Assembly: GCA_902624095.1 (NCBI GenBank)
Contig: CACNWB010000005.1
Span: 7,886-71,885 of the forward strand
DNA: 64,000 nucleotides
From: an uncultured PS1 clade bacterium
GTDB taxonomy: Bacteria; Pseudomonadota; Alphaproteobacteria; RS24
Direction of reading: 5' to 3'
Made by a program: the position numbers and the translations under genes. Below are positions 46,257-55,865 of this stretch, one piece after another. Below the pieces are notes generated by a model. It saw nothing but the letters and a program-made list of their open reading frames with translations, searched no databases and was not told the DNA's origin. How positions within the stretch are numbered: position 1 is the first letter of the stretch; every line of letters begins with the position of its first letter.

Positions 46257-46453
46257 TTATGTCTCCAACTGGCAAAGGGCACCAGCACGAAGCTGGCACT
46301 GAAACGAGATGTCGTTATTTTACAGAATTTGGCAGAAATCGCAGGCCGGTTTGCCGGCACCGGAACTGTTTGCCCATCAATGGCGATACCCCTAGACAGC
46401 CATTCTTCAATTCCGTGTCGCTCAATTCCATCTCCTCAAATTAACGGCGAAGG

Positions 46454-48070
46454 CTAAGCCACTTCGAAGGCGTTCAAACCGTCAAATGCTGCTTCGCACT
46501 GCTCGCGATACAACGGAAACCCGCCCAAAAAAAAGACCGTCTGACGAGGCTTGCCCGGAATATTGTCACCCATGTAATAATTATTAGATTTGGGGAACAA
46601 GGTCATATTGCCAATCTGATTGGTCAGATCGACCCAGCCCTGCTCGTTCTCTTCCGTCGCCTCCAATATTTTCTTTCCGGAGTCGTCCATATGGTTTAAC
46701 GCGTCAAAAATCAGATCGCATTGGAACTCGGCGAGAAGAATGGGATTGTAGAACTGGCTGTGCGGGCCGTTGATCCAGAAAAAGTTCGGAAAGCCTCTGG
46801 TCATCAGACCGAGATAGCTTGTCAGACCTTCTTTCCAGCGGCTCTTCAACGCTTGCGCGTCACGACCGCGAATATCTATGCGATCCATAGCACCAGTCAT
46901 CACATCAAAGCCGGTGGCGAAAATGATAATATCAAGCTCAATCTCTTCGTCGCCGACAATGATGCCGGTTTCGGTGAAACGCTTGATCGGCTTTTCATTC
47001 AAATCAACCAGATCGACATTGTCGCGGTTAAACTGCTCAAGGAAGTTCGTCTCCGGTGACAGGCGCCGCGTCAAAATGTGATAGTCTGGCGACAGCTTCT
47101 CGGCAATTTTCGGGTCGTTCACACGTTCGCGAATTTTTTCCCGGGCAAATTCCGCCATGGTAGCATTGCTGTCTTCATCCATCAGCGTATCAGTGAACGC
47201 ATAATAGGGCGACAGGCCGCCCGACTTCCAACGGTTTTCATATTCCGCCCGACGGTCTTCCTCGCTCAACTCCAAAGCTGACTTAGAAGGCAGCGGCGAC
47301 AGGTCAGAATGAAGCAAGGTGAACCCGCCAAAACTCTCTTTTTCCAGTGCCCGCAACTCGTCATATTTGCTTTTGATTTTTTCAGCCTGCCCATTTTCGA
47401 GTTCATGGTTCTGCAGCGGAATGACGTATGACGGCGTGCGCTGGAAAACCAGAAGCTCGCCGCATTTTTCGGCAATCTCGGAAATGACCTGAATGCCGCT
47501 CGAACCGGTGCCGACGATACCGACACGCTTGCCGCCAAACTGAATTTCTTCCTTAGGCCATCGGCTGGTCATATATTGCTCGCCCTTAAATCCGTCCAAA
47601 CCCTCAAAGTCGGGGTCAACGGGGGCCGAAATCAGCCCGGTCGCCATGAAGCAAAATTTCGCTGAGATTTGATCTCCGCGATTGGTTTTGACTTCCCAAC
47701 GCTGCGTTTCCTCATTGAAAATGGCCGATTCCACGCGCGTTTCAAATTGCATATAGTCGCGCAAATTATAGCGTTCGGCGACGTGTTTGGCGTAGTTCAG
47801 AATTTCAGCTTGTCCCGCATAACGTTCTGTCCACTCCCATTCTTGCTGCAAGGCTTCATCGAAAGAATAGGAGTATTCCAAACATTCAATATCAACACGC
47901 GCGCCTGGATAGCGGTTCCAGTACCACGTGCCGCCAACATCCGTGCCTGCTTCAAAGCATTTCACGCTTCGGTTGTCTTTGTTGGCGCGGTAAACGGCAT
48001 ACATGCCCGCAAAACCAGCTCCAACAACGACAACATCCAAATGTTCAATTGAATTATCGCTCATATCCAA
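46454..48070 (-). CDS. type I Baeyer-Villiger monooxygenase (flavin, NADPH-dependent)
   Basis: It has VVVGAGFAGMY (FAD GxGxxG), GGTWYWNRYPGARVD (the BVMO long motif) and VGIVGTGSSGIQ (NADPH). The fingerprint FKGEQYMTSRWP is present with Met where His is canonical. Confidence 0.9.
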   Translation of the reverse strand: MDMSDNSIEHLDVVVVGAGFAGMYAVYRANKDNRSVKCFEAGTDVGGTWYWNRYPGARVDIECLEYSYSFDEALQQEWEWTERYAGQAEILNYAKHVAERYNLRDYMQFETRVESAIFNEETQRWEVKTNRGDQISAKFCFMATGLISAPVDPDFEGLDGFKGEQYMTSRWPKEEIQFGGKRVGIVGTGSSGIQVISEIAEKCGELLVFQRTPSYVIPLQNHELENGQAEKIKSKYDELRALEKESFGGFTLLHSDLSPLPSKSALELSEEDRRAEYENRWKSGGLSPYYAFTDTLMDEDSNATMAEFAREKIRERVNDPKIAEKLSPDYHILTRRLSPETNFLEQFNRDNVDLVDLNEKPIKRFTETGIIVGDEEIELDIIIFATGFDVMTGAMDRIDIRGRDAQALKSRWKEGLTSYLGLMTRGFPNFFWINGPHSQFYNPILLAEFQCDLIFDALNHMDDSGKKILEATEENEQGWVDLTNQIGNMTLFPKSNNYYMGDNIPGKPRQTVFFLGGFPLYREQCEAAFDGLNAFEVA

Positions 48071-48097
48071 TAACCCTCTTCAATCTTTTGTGACGCC

Positions 48098-49375
48098 CTA
48101 AGCCGGCACAAAGTTTACAGGAACGGTAGAAGGGCCATAATTAATGAAATTACGGTCCTGAAAAATTACTTCGCCATCACCCGGCTCAACCGCTTTATAC
48201 CGGTCCAAAATACCATTTATCATTGCTGCCGCCTCATTGCGCGCAACAAGGGCAGCGATGCAGTGGTGAATGCCGTGACCGAAAGTCAGGTTCTTGCCGA
48301 CATTCGGACGGCCCATGATGAACTCGGACGGATTTTCAAACATGCTGGGGTCGTGATTGCCCGAGCCGTTAAACACGCATACCCACTCACCCTCTTTGAT
48401 TTCCTGATCACCAATCATGGTGTCTTCCAAACACTCGCGGAACAGGCGCTGAATCGGGCCCGTGCGGCGAATGTTTTCTTCGAGGAAAGGCCGGATCAAA
48501 GAGCGGTCTTCACGCATTTTTTGATACAGTTCGGGCATTTCCAGAAATGACACAATTTGGTTACCAAGCAGGAAAACGCTCGACTCAGCGCCGCCGGCGA
48601 CCATCGTGATGCAAAACTTTTTCACTTCTTCCGGTGTCAGTTTTTTACCATCGTCGTCTTCGGCTACAATAAATCCTGTCATCAGATTATCTTTGGCCGT
48701 CCCGGCTTCAATTTGTTTGTAACGCTCGTTGACGTGGTAGGTGAAATAATCGTTAAATTCGATACTGGTAGCTAGTTTTTCTTCCGTGGTCTGGGTCGAA
48801 GTTCCCATATAGGCATCAGCAAACTGGCGGATTTTCCGATATTCATCTGCCGGCGTGCCAAGCAGCTTCGCAATAAAGCGTGCGGGTAGGTCGGCGGCCA
48901 GATTGGTCATGAAATCAACTTTACCGGGCCCTTCCTTTTCCAGCATGTGGTCACAAATTTCGGCCAGCCAAGGCGCCACATCCTGATCTACGCGCTTTGG
49001 TGAAAAGGCCTGACGGGCAACATTGCGCAAAAATGTATGCTCAGGTTGGTCATGGTTCACAAGCATCATGGAAGGTGCTTCTGACGCCTCCTGCATGCGA
49101 TCCTCTGAGGAGAAAATCTTGTGATTGGCATAAACATGCTTCACGTCGTCATAACGAAAAATTCCCCACGCAGGAATTGGTTCATCCACACCCTGCACGG
49201 TTCCGGGCGGATAGCCGCGCACGCCATATTGTATAGGTTTTTCACGCATCAAATCGTAGTAGGGAAAAGGGTTGCGAATAACTGCGGCCTGCTCAATATC
49301 GCATGCCGAAAATTCGTCTCCCTGGATTACCAAATCGTCATCCGGAATAAATTCTTTGCCATTGATTTCTAACAT
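48098..49375 (-). CDS. cytochrome P450
   Basis: It has the heme-thiolate loop FGHGIHHCIAALVAR, the ExxR motif (EENIRR) and the I-helix AGGAESS. Confidence 0.9.
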   Translation of the reverse strand: MLEINGKEFIPDDDLVIQGDEFSACDIEQAAVIRNPFPYYDLMREKPIQYGVRGYPPGTVQGVDEPIPAWGIFRYDDVKHVYANHKIFSSEDRMQEASEAPSMMLVNHDQPEHTFLRNVARQAFSPKRVDQDVAPWLAEICDHMLEKEGPGKVDFMTNLAADLPARFIAKLLGTPADEYRKIRQFADAYMGTSTQTTEEKLATSIEFNDYFTYHVNERYKQIEAGTAKDNLMTGFIVAEDDDGKKLTPEEVKKFCITMVAGGAESSVFLLGNQIVSFLEMPELYQKMREDRSLIRPFLEENIRRTGPIQRLFRECLEDTMIGDQEIKEGEWVCVFNGSGNHDPSMFENPSEFIMGRPNVGKNLTFGHGIHHCIAALVARNEAAAMINGILDRYKAVEPGDGEVIFQDRNFINYGPSTVPVNFVPA

Positions 49376-49404
49376 TTCATTTCTCCCCTTTAAACTTTAC
49401 GCAC

Positions 49405-50226
49405 TTAAGTCGCGTAGAAGCCGCCATCGATAATCAGTTCGGTGCCGGTGACATAGCGGCTTGCATCTGAAATTAGGTAAACCGCACCACTGGCAATATC
49501 GCTCACTCTGGCGGCCTCACCCATTGGAACACCCGCCAAAAAGCCGGCTTCTGAAGTTTCCATATCCGGCACGACACCCAAGCCGACAAGCTGCTCATGG
49601 AACAAAGAGCCCATCTCACTTTCGACAATGCCCGGATGAATTGAGTTACAGCGGATGCCTGTTTTCAACATGGCGCATTCGGCCGCAACCGATTTGGTCA
49701 GCAGGCGCACAGCACCTTTGGACGAGTTATAGGAGGCCAGGGCAATTGTGCCGGCCAGGCCCATAACAGAAGACATATTGATGATCGAGCCGCCTTTGCC
49801 GGCAGGACCGCCAGGTTGCATAGCGCGAAAGCCGTGTTTGCACCCAAGCATGGAGCCAGTCACATTCACATTTAGAACACGGTTATATTCCTCAACATCA
49901 AGCTCGGCCAGATAATTCATCGGCACAATGGCCGCATTGTTGATGACGCCGCTGAGACCACCCAATTTTTCAATCGCGGCCGCGACAGCGGCCTCCCACT
50001 GCGCTTCATCTGTAACGTCATGTTCGAGGAAATGAGCGGTCGCACCGGCAGTGGCCAGTTCTGCAACAATAGCTTGTCCCTTTTCGACGGCGACATCGGT
50101 TGCCAAAACAGAGGCGCCCATGGACGTCAACCCGCGACAAATTTCGGCACCAATATTGCCACCTGCTCCGGTGACGATAACCTTCTTGCCCTCCAGTGAA
50201 TGGGCGCTTTTATAATCAAAACTCAT
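49405..50226 (-). CDS. SDR family oxidoreductase (probable secondary-alcohol dehydrogenase of the operon)
   Basis: It has TGAGGNIG, NNAA and YNSSKGA (YxxxK). It is the first gene of the SDR-P450-BVMO string, with gaps of 29 and 27 nt. Confidence 0.85.
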   Translation of the reverse strand: MSFDYKSAHSLEGKKVIVTGAGGNIGAEICRGLTSMGASVLATDVAVEKGQAIVAELATAGATAHFLEHDVTDEAQWEAAVAAAIEKLGGLSGVINNAAIVPMNYLAELDVEEYNRVLNVNVTGSMLGCKHGFRAMQPGGPAGKGGSIINMSSVMGLAGTIALASYNSSKGAVRLLTKSVAAECAMLKTGIRCNSIHPGIVESEMGSLFHEQLVGLGVVPDMETSEAGFLAGVPMGEAARVSDIASGAVYLISDASRYVTGTELIIDGGFYAT

Positions 50227-50489
50227 TTGAGACCCCTCCTTTTTGCCATTCCCGCTCGTTCTAAACGCCGCAGAACGTGGCTATGTTAATTAACAAATTC
50301 TAATATATCAATATTACATTATTTATTTTTGACATTATTTTTTTGGAAAAACATCTCCGATTGAAACGCACTCTGGGTGAACCTCCGATTGCCACCGCCC
50401 CAATGCCAAAAATAGGATTGCTTTGGCACTGGCGGTTTGCGCCGACAGTGCCTAAAAAGAAGGAGGATTAAGCAGAGGAGCAATCAGCC

Positions 50490-51176
50490 ATGAGCATGGG
50501 ATATGATGATGTCGTTTTGGGTCGGCGGTCGATCAGGGGGTATCAGCAAAAGCCGGTGTCGAAAGAGTTGATCGAAGAGATTCTAACACTTGCCATGCGC
50601 GCGCCGTCTTCAATGAACACCCAACCGTGGAATTTCACCGTCCTCACAGGCGCGCAATTGGACAAGATTCGTGCCGGCAATACCGCGCGCAACCTTGCCG
50701 GCGTGCCGCATTCACGCGAATTTCGCATCGGCAAGGCGTTTGAAGGCCAACACCGAAAACGGCAAGTGGATGTCGCCAAGCAGCTCTTCGCCGCCATGAG
50801 CATTGCGCGCGAAGACACCGAGGCGCGCCAAGATTGGGTGTTGCGTGGCTTCCGCCAATTTGACGCGCCGGTATGCATCATTATTACCTATGACCGCGAA
50901 CTGGCTGACAGCGACGACACGGCCTTTGATTGCGGCGCTGTCACCACCGCACTCGTCAATGCCGCCTGGTCGCGCGGGCTGGGGGCAGTAATCAATAGCC
51001 AGGGCATTATGCAATCGCCCGTTGTGCGCGAGCACGCCGCCATTGCCGATGATCAGGTGATTATGAAAGCTGTCGCCTTAGGTTGGCCGGATGATGCATT
51101 TCCGGCCAATGGCGTTGTCTCGGAGCGCAAATCTGTTGCCGAGGCCGCCCGCTTCATCGGTTTTGACGAGATTTAG
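50490..51176 (+). CDS. nitroreductase family protein
   Basis: RRSIRGYQQKPVSKELIEEILTLAMRAPSSMNTQPW is the nitroreductase N-terminal signature. Confidence 0.85.
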   Translation: MSMGYDDVVLGRRSIRGYQQKPVSKELIEEILTLAMRAPSSMNTQPWNFTVLTGAQLDKIRAGNTARNLAGVPHSREFRIGKAFEGQHRKRQVDVAKQLFAAMSIAREDTEARQDWVLRGFRQFDAPVCIIITYDRELADSDDTAFDCGAVTTALVNAAWSRGLGAVINSQGIMQSPVVREHAAIADDQVIMKAVALGWPDDAFPANGVVSERKSVAEAARFIGFDEI

Positions 51177-51260
51177 ACCTTGAAAGATCACTAAGCCTTG
51201 AGCGGCTGAGGCCGAGCTTTTCCTTTACCGGCGCGTCGTTTCCGTTTTAATTTGAAAACC

Positions 51261-52073
51261 ATGAGGCTTGACGATCTGGTCGATGATCTGTGTCGCTTTC
51301 TCACGTCACGTGACACATCACCACCTTTTATTTTTGGTATTTCGGGCGGCCAGGGCGCCGGCAAATCCACCTTGTGCGCGGCGCTGGCGCAGACGCTGGC
51401 AACTATGGGCAAAAAAACACTCACGTTGTCGCTCGATGACTTCTATCTGTCAAAAGCAGTGCGCGAGCATCTTGCGCAAACCGTACATCCGCTTTGTGCA
51501 ACCCGCGGTGTTCCCGGCACGCATAATGTTGACCTTCTGGCGCGGGTTTTAAGCGGCTTGGCACAGGTTTCACCAGACAAGCCCCTGCACCTGCCGCGCT
51601 TCAGCAAAAGCCGTGACGACACGCTGCCCGAAGAGCGAAATACAAAAGTGTCGGCTTGCCCCGATTTCGTATTTTTAGAAGGCTGGTGCGTCGGCGGTCA
51701 CGCGGCGTGCATCGAGCCGCGCCCGCAAAATAGCTGGGAAGAAATCCATGACCCGCAATCGATCTGGAAACAGTGGTCGCAGGCCAGCGCACGCGCCTAT
51801 CAGCCAATATGGGATATGGCCCGCGCCACATTGTTGTTGCGCCAAAAAAATTTCGAAGCCGTAATCGACAGTCGCTGGCTGCAGGAACAGGACAATGCGC
51901 GCGAAAGCGGCATCTGGCAATTTGCCGACCGAAGCGAAGTTGCCGCCTTCTGCGCACATTATGAAAGCTGGACATTGGGCATTTGGGACGACCTTGGCGC
52001 GCGCGCCGATTTTGTGTTCGGGCGCAATGCCGACTATGAATATTTTCCGCTTAAGGTTATCAATAATTCCTGA
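51261..52073 (+). CDS. P-loop kinase (glycerate-3-kinase / YFH7-like)
   Basis: It has the Walker A motif GISGGQGAGKSTL, followed by LSLDDFY and RGVPGTH. I prefer ATG 51261 to the tracked TTG 51252. Confidence 0.7.
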   Translation: MRLDDLVDDLCRFLTSRDTSPPFIFGISGGQGAGKSTLCAALAQTLATMGKKTLTLSLDDFYLSKAVREHLAQTVHPLCATRGVPGTHNVDLLARVLSGLAQVSPDKPLHLPRFSKSRDDTLPEERNTKVSACPDFVFLEGWCVGGHAACIEPRPQNSWEEIHDPQSIWKQWSQASARAYQPIWDMARATLLLRQKNFEAVIDSRWLQEQDNARESGIWQFADRSEVAAFCAHYESWTLGIWDDLGARADFVFGRNADYEYFPLKVINNS

Positions 52074-52273
52074 TTTGAAAGTGTCCGGCCAGTGCTTCGT
52101 GAAACCATATCCCATCATATCGAACTGATTTATCCGGCAAATGATGCCCATACGTTAAGTGAGAAAATCTGCGCGGCTTTCTGCCTCGCCCCCGACACAC
52201 GCACGCGCATCGGCGACGCGGAACAAAAAAACCCCTATAGTGCATTCAAGCAGCGGGGCAGAGGGAGTTTCCG

Positions 52274-53464
52274 ATGAAGGATCTGGATATTGTGGTTTAC
52301 GGCGCGACGGGTTTTACCGGCAAATTATGTGCTGAATATATTCATGCGAGCGGCCGGCCAATCAAGTGGGCGATTGCGGGGCGCAGTGCCAGCAAGCTGA
52401 AAACGGTGCAAGGGGGCTTGTCGCCAGATATCGAAATCATAATTGCCGATGGCAATGATGATGGCGCGCTGAAGGCCATGACGGCGCGCGCGAAAGTCAT
52501 TTTGTCAACAGCCGGACCGTTCCACCGCTATGGCTCGAGGCTAGTGGCGGCGTGTGTTGAAAATTCTACACATTATGTCGACATCACAGGCGAAAATTTC
52601 TGGGTCAAGGATATGATCCAAAAACATCACGAGGCCGCCGCCGCCAAAGGCGTGCGCATTATTCCCTCATGCGGCTTTGATTCGATCCCGTCTGATTTGG
52701 GCAGTTTTTTTGGCATCCGCAAATTGGGGGCGCCGGTCAAACGGGTTGAGTCTTTTCACAGCTTCAAGGGCGGTGCGTCGGGCGGCACGTTGGAAACGAT
52801 TTTCTCAATGGGCGATCTCGATTTGAAAGACGAGCTGACTGATCCGTTCCTGCTGAACCCGCCGGGCAGCTATAATGCGGAGATGCACGCCAAAAGCCGC
52901 GATACGTTTGAAATTGTGAAAAAGCCGGAGATTGGCGGCTGGGGCGGCCCGTTTGTCATGGCCGCTGCCAACACACGCGTCGTGCGCCGTTCGGCAGCTT
53001 TGTTGAGCCAGCGCCAGGAACCTTACGGGTCAAATTTTACCTATCAGGAATTCGCCTTTAACAAATCGCGCAGCCAAGCCATTAGGAGCGCGCTCGGCCT
53101 CGGTGCTATGGCGCTCGTCGTCATGACGCCCTTGCGCAAGCTAGTGCGTCCGCTACTGAAACAGCCCGGCGAAGGCCCGACTGAAGCCGAACGCGACAAT
53201 GGTTGGTTTGATTGCAAATTCATCGTCGAAACCGAAAGCGGTGAGAAGTCTGTTTTCGCCATGCATGGCAAAGGGGACCCTGGCTACAAGGTAACCTCAA
53301 AGCTGGCGAGTGAATGCGCTTTGTGTCTGGTAGAAAATGCCGAGGAATTGCCGGGCGGGGACGGTTATGGCGGCGTGCTCACCAGCGCATCTGGGTTGGG
53401 AGAAGCGCTGATTGCGCGCCTTAGCAAGGTAGGTATTCATTTTGATGGCCCTTTTAACACCTAA
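52274..53464 (+). CDS. saccharopine dehydrogenase-like / trans-acting enoyl reductase family oxidoreductase
   Basis: It has the N-terminal Rossmann motif IVVYGATGFTGKL and the YVDITGE block. Confidence 0.8.
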   Translation: MKDLDIVVYGATGFTGKLCAEYIHASGRPIKWAIAGRSASKLKTVQGGLSPDIEIIIADGNDDGALKAMTARAKVILSTAGPFHRYGSRLVAACVENSTHYVDITGENFWVKDMIQKHHEAAAAKGVRIIPSCGFDSIPSDLGSFFGIRKLGAPVKRVESFHSFKGGASGGTLETIFSMGDLDLKDELTDPFLLNPPGSYNAEMHAKSRDTFEIVKKPEIGGWGGPFVMAAANTRVVRRSAALLSQRQEPYGSNFTYQEFAFNKSRSQAIRSALGLGAMALVVMTPLRKLVRPLLKQPGEGPTEAERDNGWFDCKFIVETESGEKSVFAMHGKGDPGYKVTSKLASECALCLVENAEELPGGDGYGGVLTSASGLGEALIARLSKVGIHFDGPFNT

Positions 53465-53487
53465 ACATCACTCGAAATTATAGGAAG

Positions 53488-54672
53488 TTGGTTACTGTGG
53501 TCATTTTTACACTCACTGCCTTAACCGTTCTGGCTATCGCTATTTTCAGCTGGCGTAAGGAACTCAAGCTATTAATGCTGCTTTTTATCGTCCGCCGTAG
53601 AATTACACCCAAAGAAAGATTTGCAGATACTTCCCCGCCCAAAGCTCCTGATTATTCAGATGAAAATTCTTGGTATCCGGTGCCCAATAGATCCGGAGTC
53701 GCCAACCGAAATGCCTTCGAAGACGCGCTGCGAGACCCAAAGCCCGTAGATGTGTTTTTCGTCCACCCGACAACTTTTCTGAGCCCCAGAAGCTGGAACG
53801 CTCCGATTGATGATCCCAGATCCTCCCATCTTGTCGAGCAGCTGGTTTTACCTCCACAAGCCGGCATTTTCATCAAACATGCCAATATTTATGCGCCCAA
53901 ATACCGGCAGGCAACATTAGCGTCTTATTTTTCTCAAAACGCCAATGGTCGCGATGCCCTTCGTCTAGCTTATAAAGATGTTGCCGCTGCCTTTTCGTAT
54001 TTCATTTCCAATATCAATAATGAGCGCCCGTTCATAATTGCAGCACATAGCCAGGGAGCCGGGCATTGCACACGGCTGCTCAAGGAAAACCTGGACGCCA
54101 GCAGCGCGCGCGACCGTTTTATTGCGGCCTATTTGATCGGCGCCGGCATCTGCGAAAAAAGATATAACCTGGAGGTGAAAAACATCCCGATAGCTAATAG
54201 TGTTGAGCAGACCGGTTGCCTTATTGCCTTTGACACAGTCGGACCAGATTTTAATGCCGCTTCCTTGCGGCGGGGTCGTGAGTGGGATGGAGAAAATTTT
54301 GTACCACGCGAACCAGACGGAAAAATCATTGGCTTTAACCCGGTTACGGGTGATAAATCAGCGTCCAAAATTCAAGCACATATGGGACCAGCCTATCCGC
54401 GCTATAACAATGAAGAAGCCTTAGCGCAGGCCTATAACCCCCGCTCGGAAGATGCTTTAGAGTTCGAATTTTTAGGCTTCGAAATGCCCACCGACGAGAA
54501 AATTGGGGCCCGCCTTGACGCTAAATCCGGCTATCTAGTAGTCGACAGGCCAAAGAGAAAGCTATTTGAATTTCCACCAGATGCCTACCACCTGTATGAC
54601 TACTCTCTTTTTTTTCGAGATCTTGAAAAAGACGTGGGTGCAAGAATCGAAAGATTTCACCTCAAAAATTAA
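53488..54672 (+). CDS. DUF3089 family alpha/beta-hydrolase (lipase-like)
   Basis: It has an N-terminal TM segment, VDVFFVHPT and a nucleophile elbow AHSQGAGH (GxSxG-like). The GTG at 53497 has better RBS spacing than the tracked TTG 53488. Confidence 0.7.
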   Translation: MVTVVIFTLTALTVLAIAIFSWRKELKLLMLLFIVRRRITPKERFADTSPPKAPDYSDENSWYPVPNRSGVANRNAFEDALRDPKPVDVFFVHPTTFLSPRSWNAPIDDPRSSHLVEQLVLPPQAGIFIKHANIYAPKYRQATLASYFSQNANGRDALRLAYKDVAAAFSYFISNINNERPFIIAAHSQGAGHCTRLLKENLDASSARDRFIAAYLIGAGICEKRYNLEVKNIPIANSVEQTGCLIAFDTVGPDFNAASLRRGREWDGENFVPREPDGKIIGFNPVTGDKSASKIQAHMGPAYPRYNNEEALAQAYNPRSEDALEFEFLGFEMPTDEKIGARLDAKSGYLVVDRPKRKLFEFPPDAYHLYDYSLFFRDLEKDVGARIERFHLKN

Positions 54673-54915
54673 CCGTTGGACGCTTAGTAAAATCTTCGCA
54701 AAAGTTCATTTCCAGCACATATTTTCAGCTCGCGCTGGAGAGGATATGGAGCGTCGGATGGATTGACGACCCTAAATATCGAATGTTTTTTTTGAAGTCT
54801 CGGAGCCAAAACTTAGTATATTTTTGTATTATTTCTCCAGTCGATTTTTGAACAAAATATACTGCAACAGCCGCTCGCTATCATTTAACTAAATTATCCT
54901 CTATTATCATTCTCT

Positions 54916-55860
54916 ATGGAGAGTTTTATGGATGTCAGCAACATAATTACCACGCCAGTTATTTTGAGCGCGATACCTGTGTTTTTCCTGTTCATTTTCG
55001 CCGAGATTATTGCTGTGCGCTATTTCAACCAACGTGGCAGCTTGCATGCGAAAGATGACAGCGTGAGCATTTTCATGGGTCTGTTCAGCGTGCTCACCAA
55101 CGGCGCAGCCGCTTTTTTGACCCTTGGCATGTTGGTCTGGGCACAACAATTTCAAATCTATGCCCTGCCATTGACTTGGACCACACTGATTGCCTGTTTT
55201 GTGGTGGACGATTTGCGCTATTATCTGCACCACCGAATCGCGCACCGGTGTCGCTGGCCATGGGCCATGCATATCATTCATCATTCGAGCCAGCGTATTT
55301 CGTTCGCGGTCGCATTGCGGCAGGGGTGGACCAAACATTTCACTGGAACAACGATTTTAAAAGTGCCGCTAGTGCTCATCGGCTTTGACCCGTTAATGGT
55401 GATTTTTTGTGGTGCTTTGAACGCGGTGTACCAGTTCTTTTTGCACACCGACACTGTCGAAAAATTGCCCAGGTGGGTCGAAGCCGTGTTTAACACACCG
55501 TCGCACCACCGCGTACATCACGGCAAAAATCCGCAATATTTGGATGCCAATTATGCCGGTACGCTTATCATATGGGATCGCCTTTTTGGTACCTTCGTCG
55601 CAGAAGATCCATCCGACCGGCCTCGCTACGGTTTGGTCAAAGACTTTGAGACTTTCAATCCCTTCCGAATTTTCATTCACGAATATTGGGGTATCTTAAA
55701 GGACATCGTGCGGCCCCAGCTAAGCCTCCGTCAGCGGCTCTTATATGTTGTCGCGCCACCGGGGTGGAGCCATGACGGATCGCGACAATCCTCGCGCGAT
55801 ATCAAGCGCGCTGCTGGGTTGCTTGACGCACCGCCGAATGCCACCCATCCCGCTGAGTAG
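54916..55860 (+). CDS. fatty acid hydroxylase / sterol desaturase superfamily membrane di-iron enzyme
   Basis: It has the histidine boxes HHRIAH, HIIHHS and HHRVHH in a multi-TM protein. Confidence 0.8.
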   Translation: MESFMDVSNIITTPVILSAIPVFFLFIFAEIIAVRYFNQRGSLHAKDDSVSIFMGLFSVLTNGAAAFLTLGMLVWAQQFQIYALPLTWTTLIACFVVDDLRYYLHHRIAHRCRWPWAMHIIHHSSQRISFAVALRQGWTKHFTGTTILKVPLVLIGFDPLMVIFCGALNAVYQFFLHTDTVEKLPRWVEAVFNTPSHHRVHHGKNPQYLDANYAGTLIIWDRLFGTFVAEDPSDRPRYGLVKDFETFNPFRIFIHEYWGILKDIVRPQLSLRQRLLYVVAPPGWSHDGSRQSSRDIKRAAGLLDAPPNATHPAE

Positions 55861-55865
55861 TTTTC

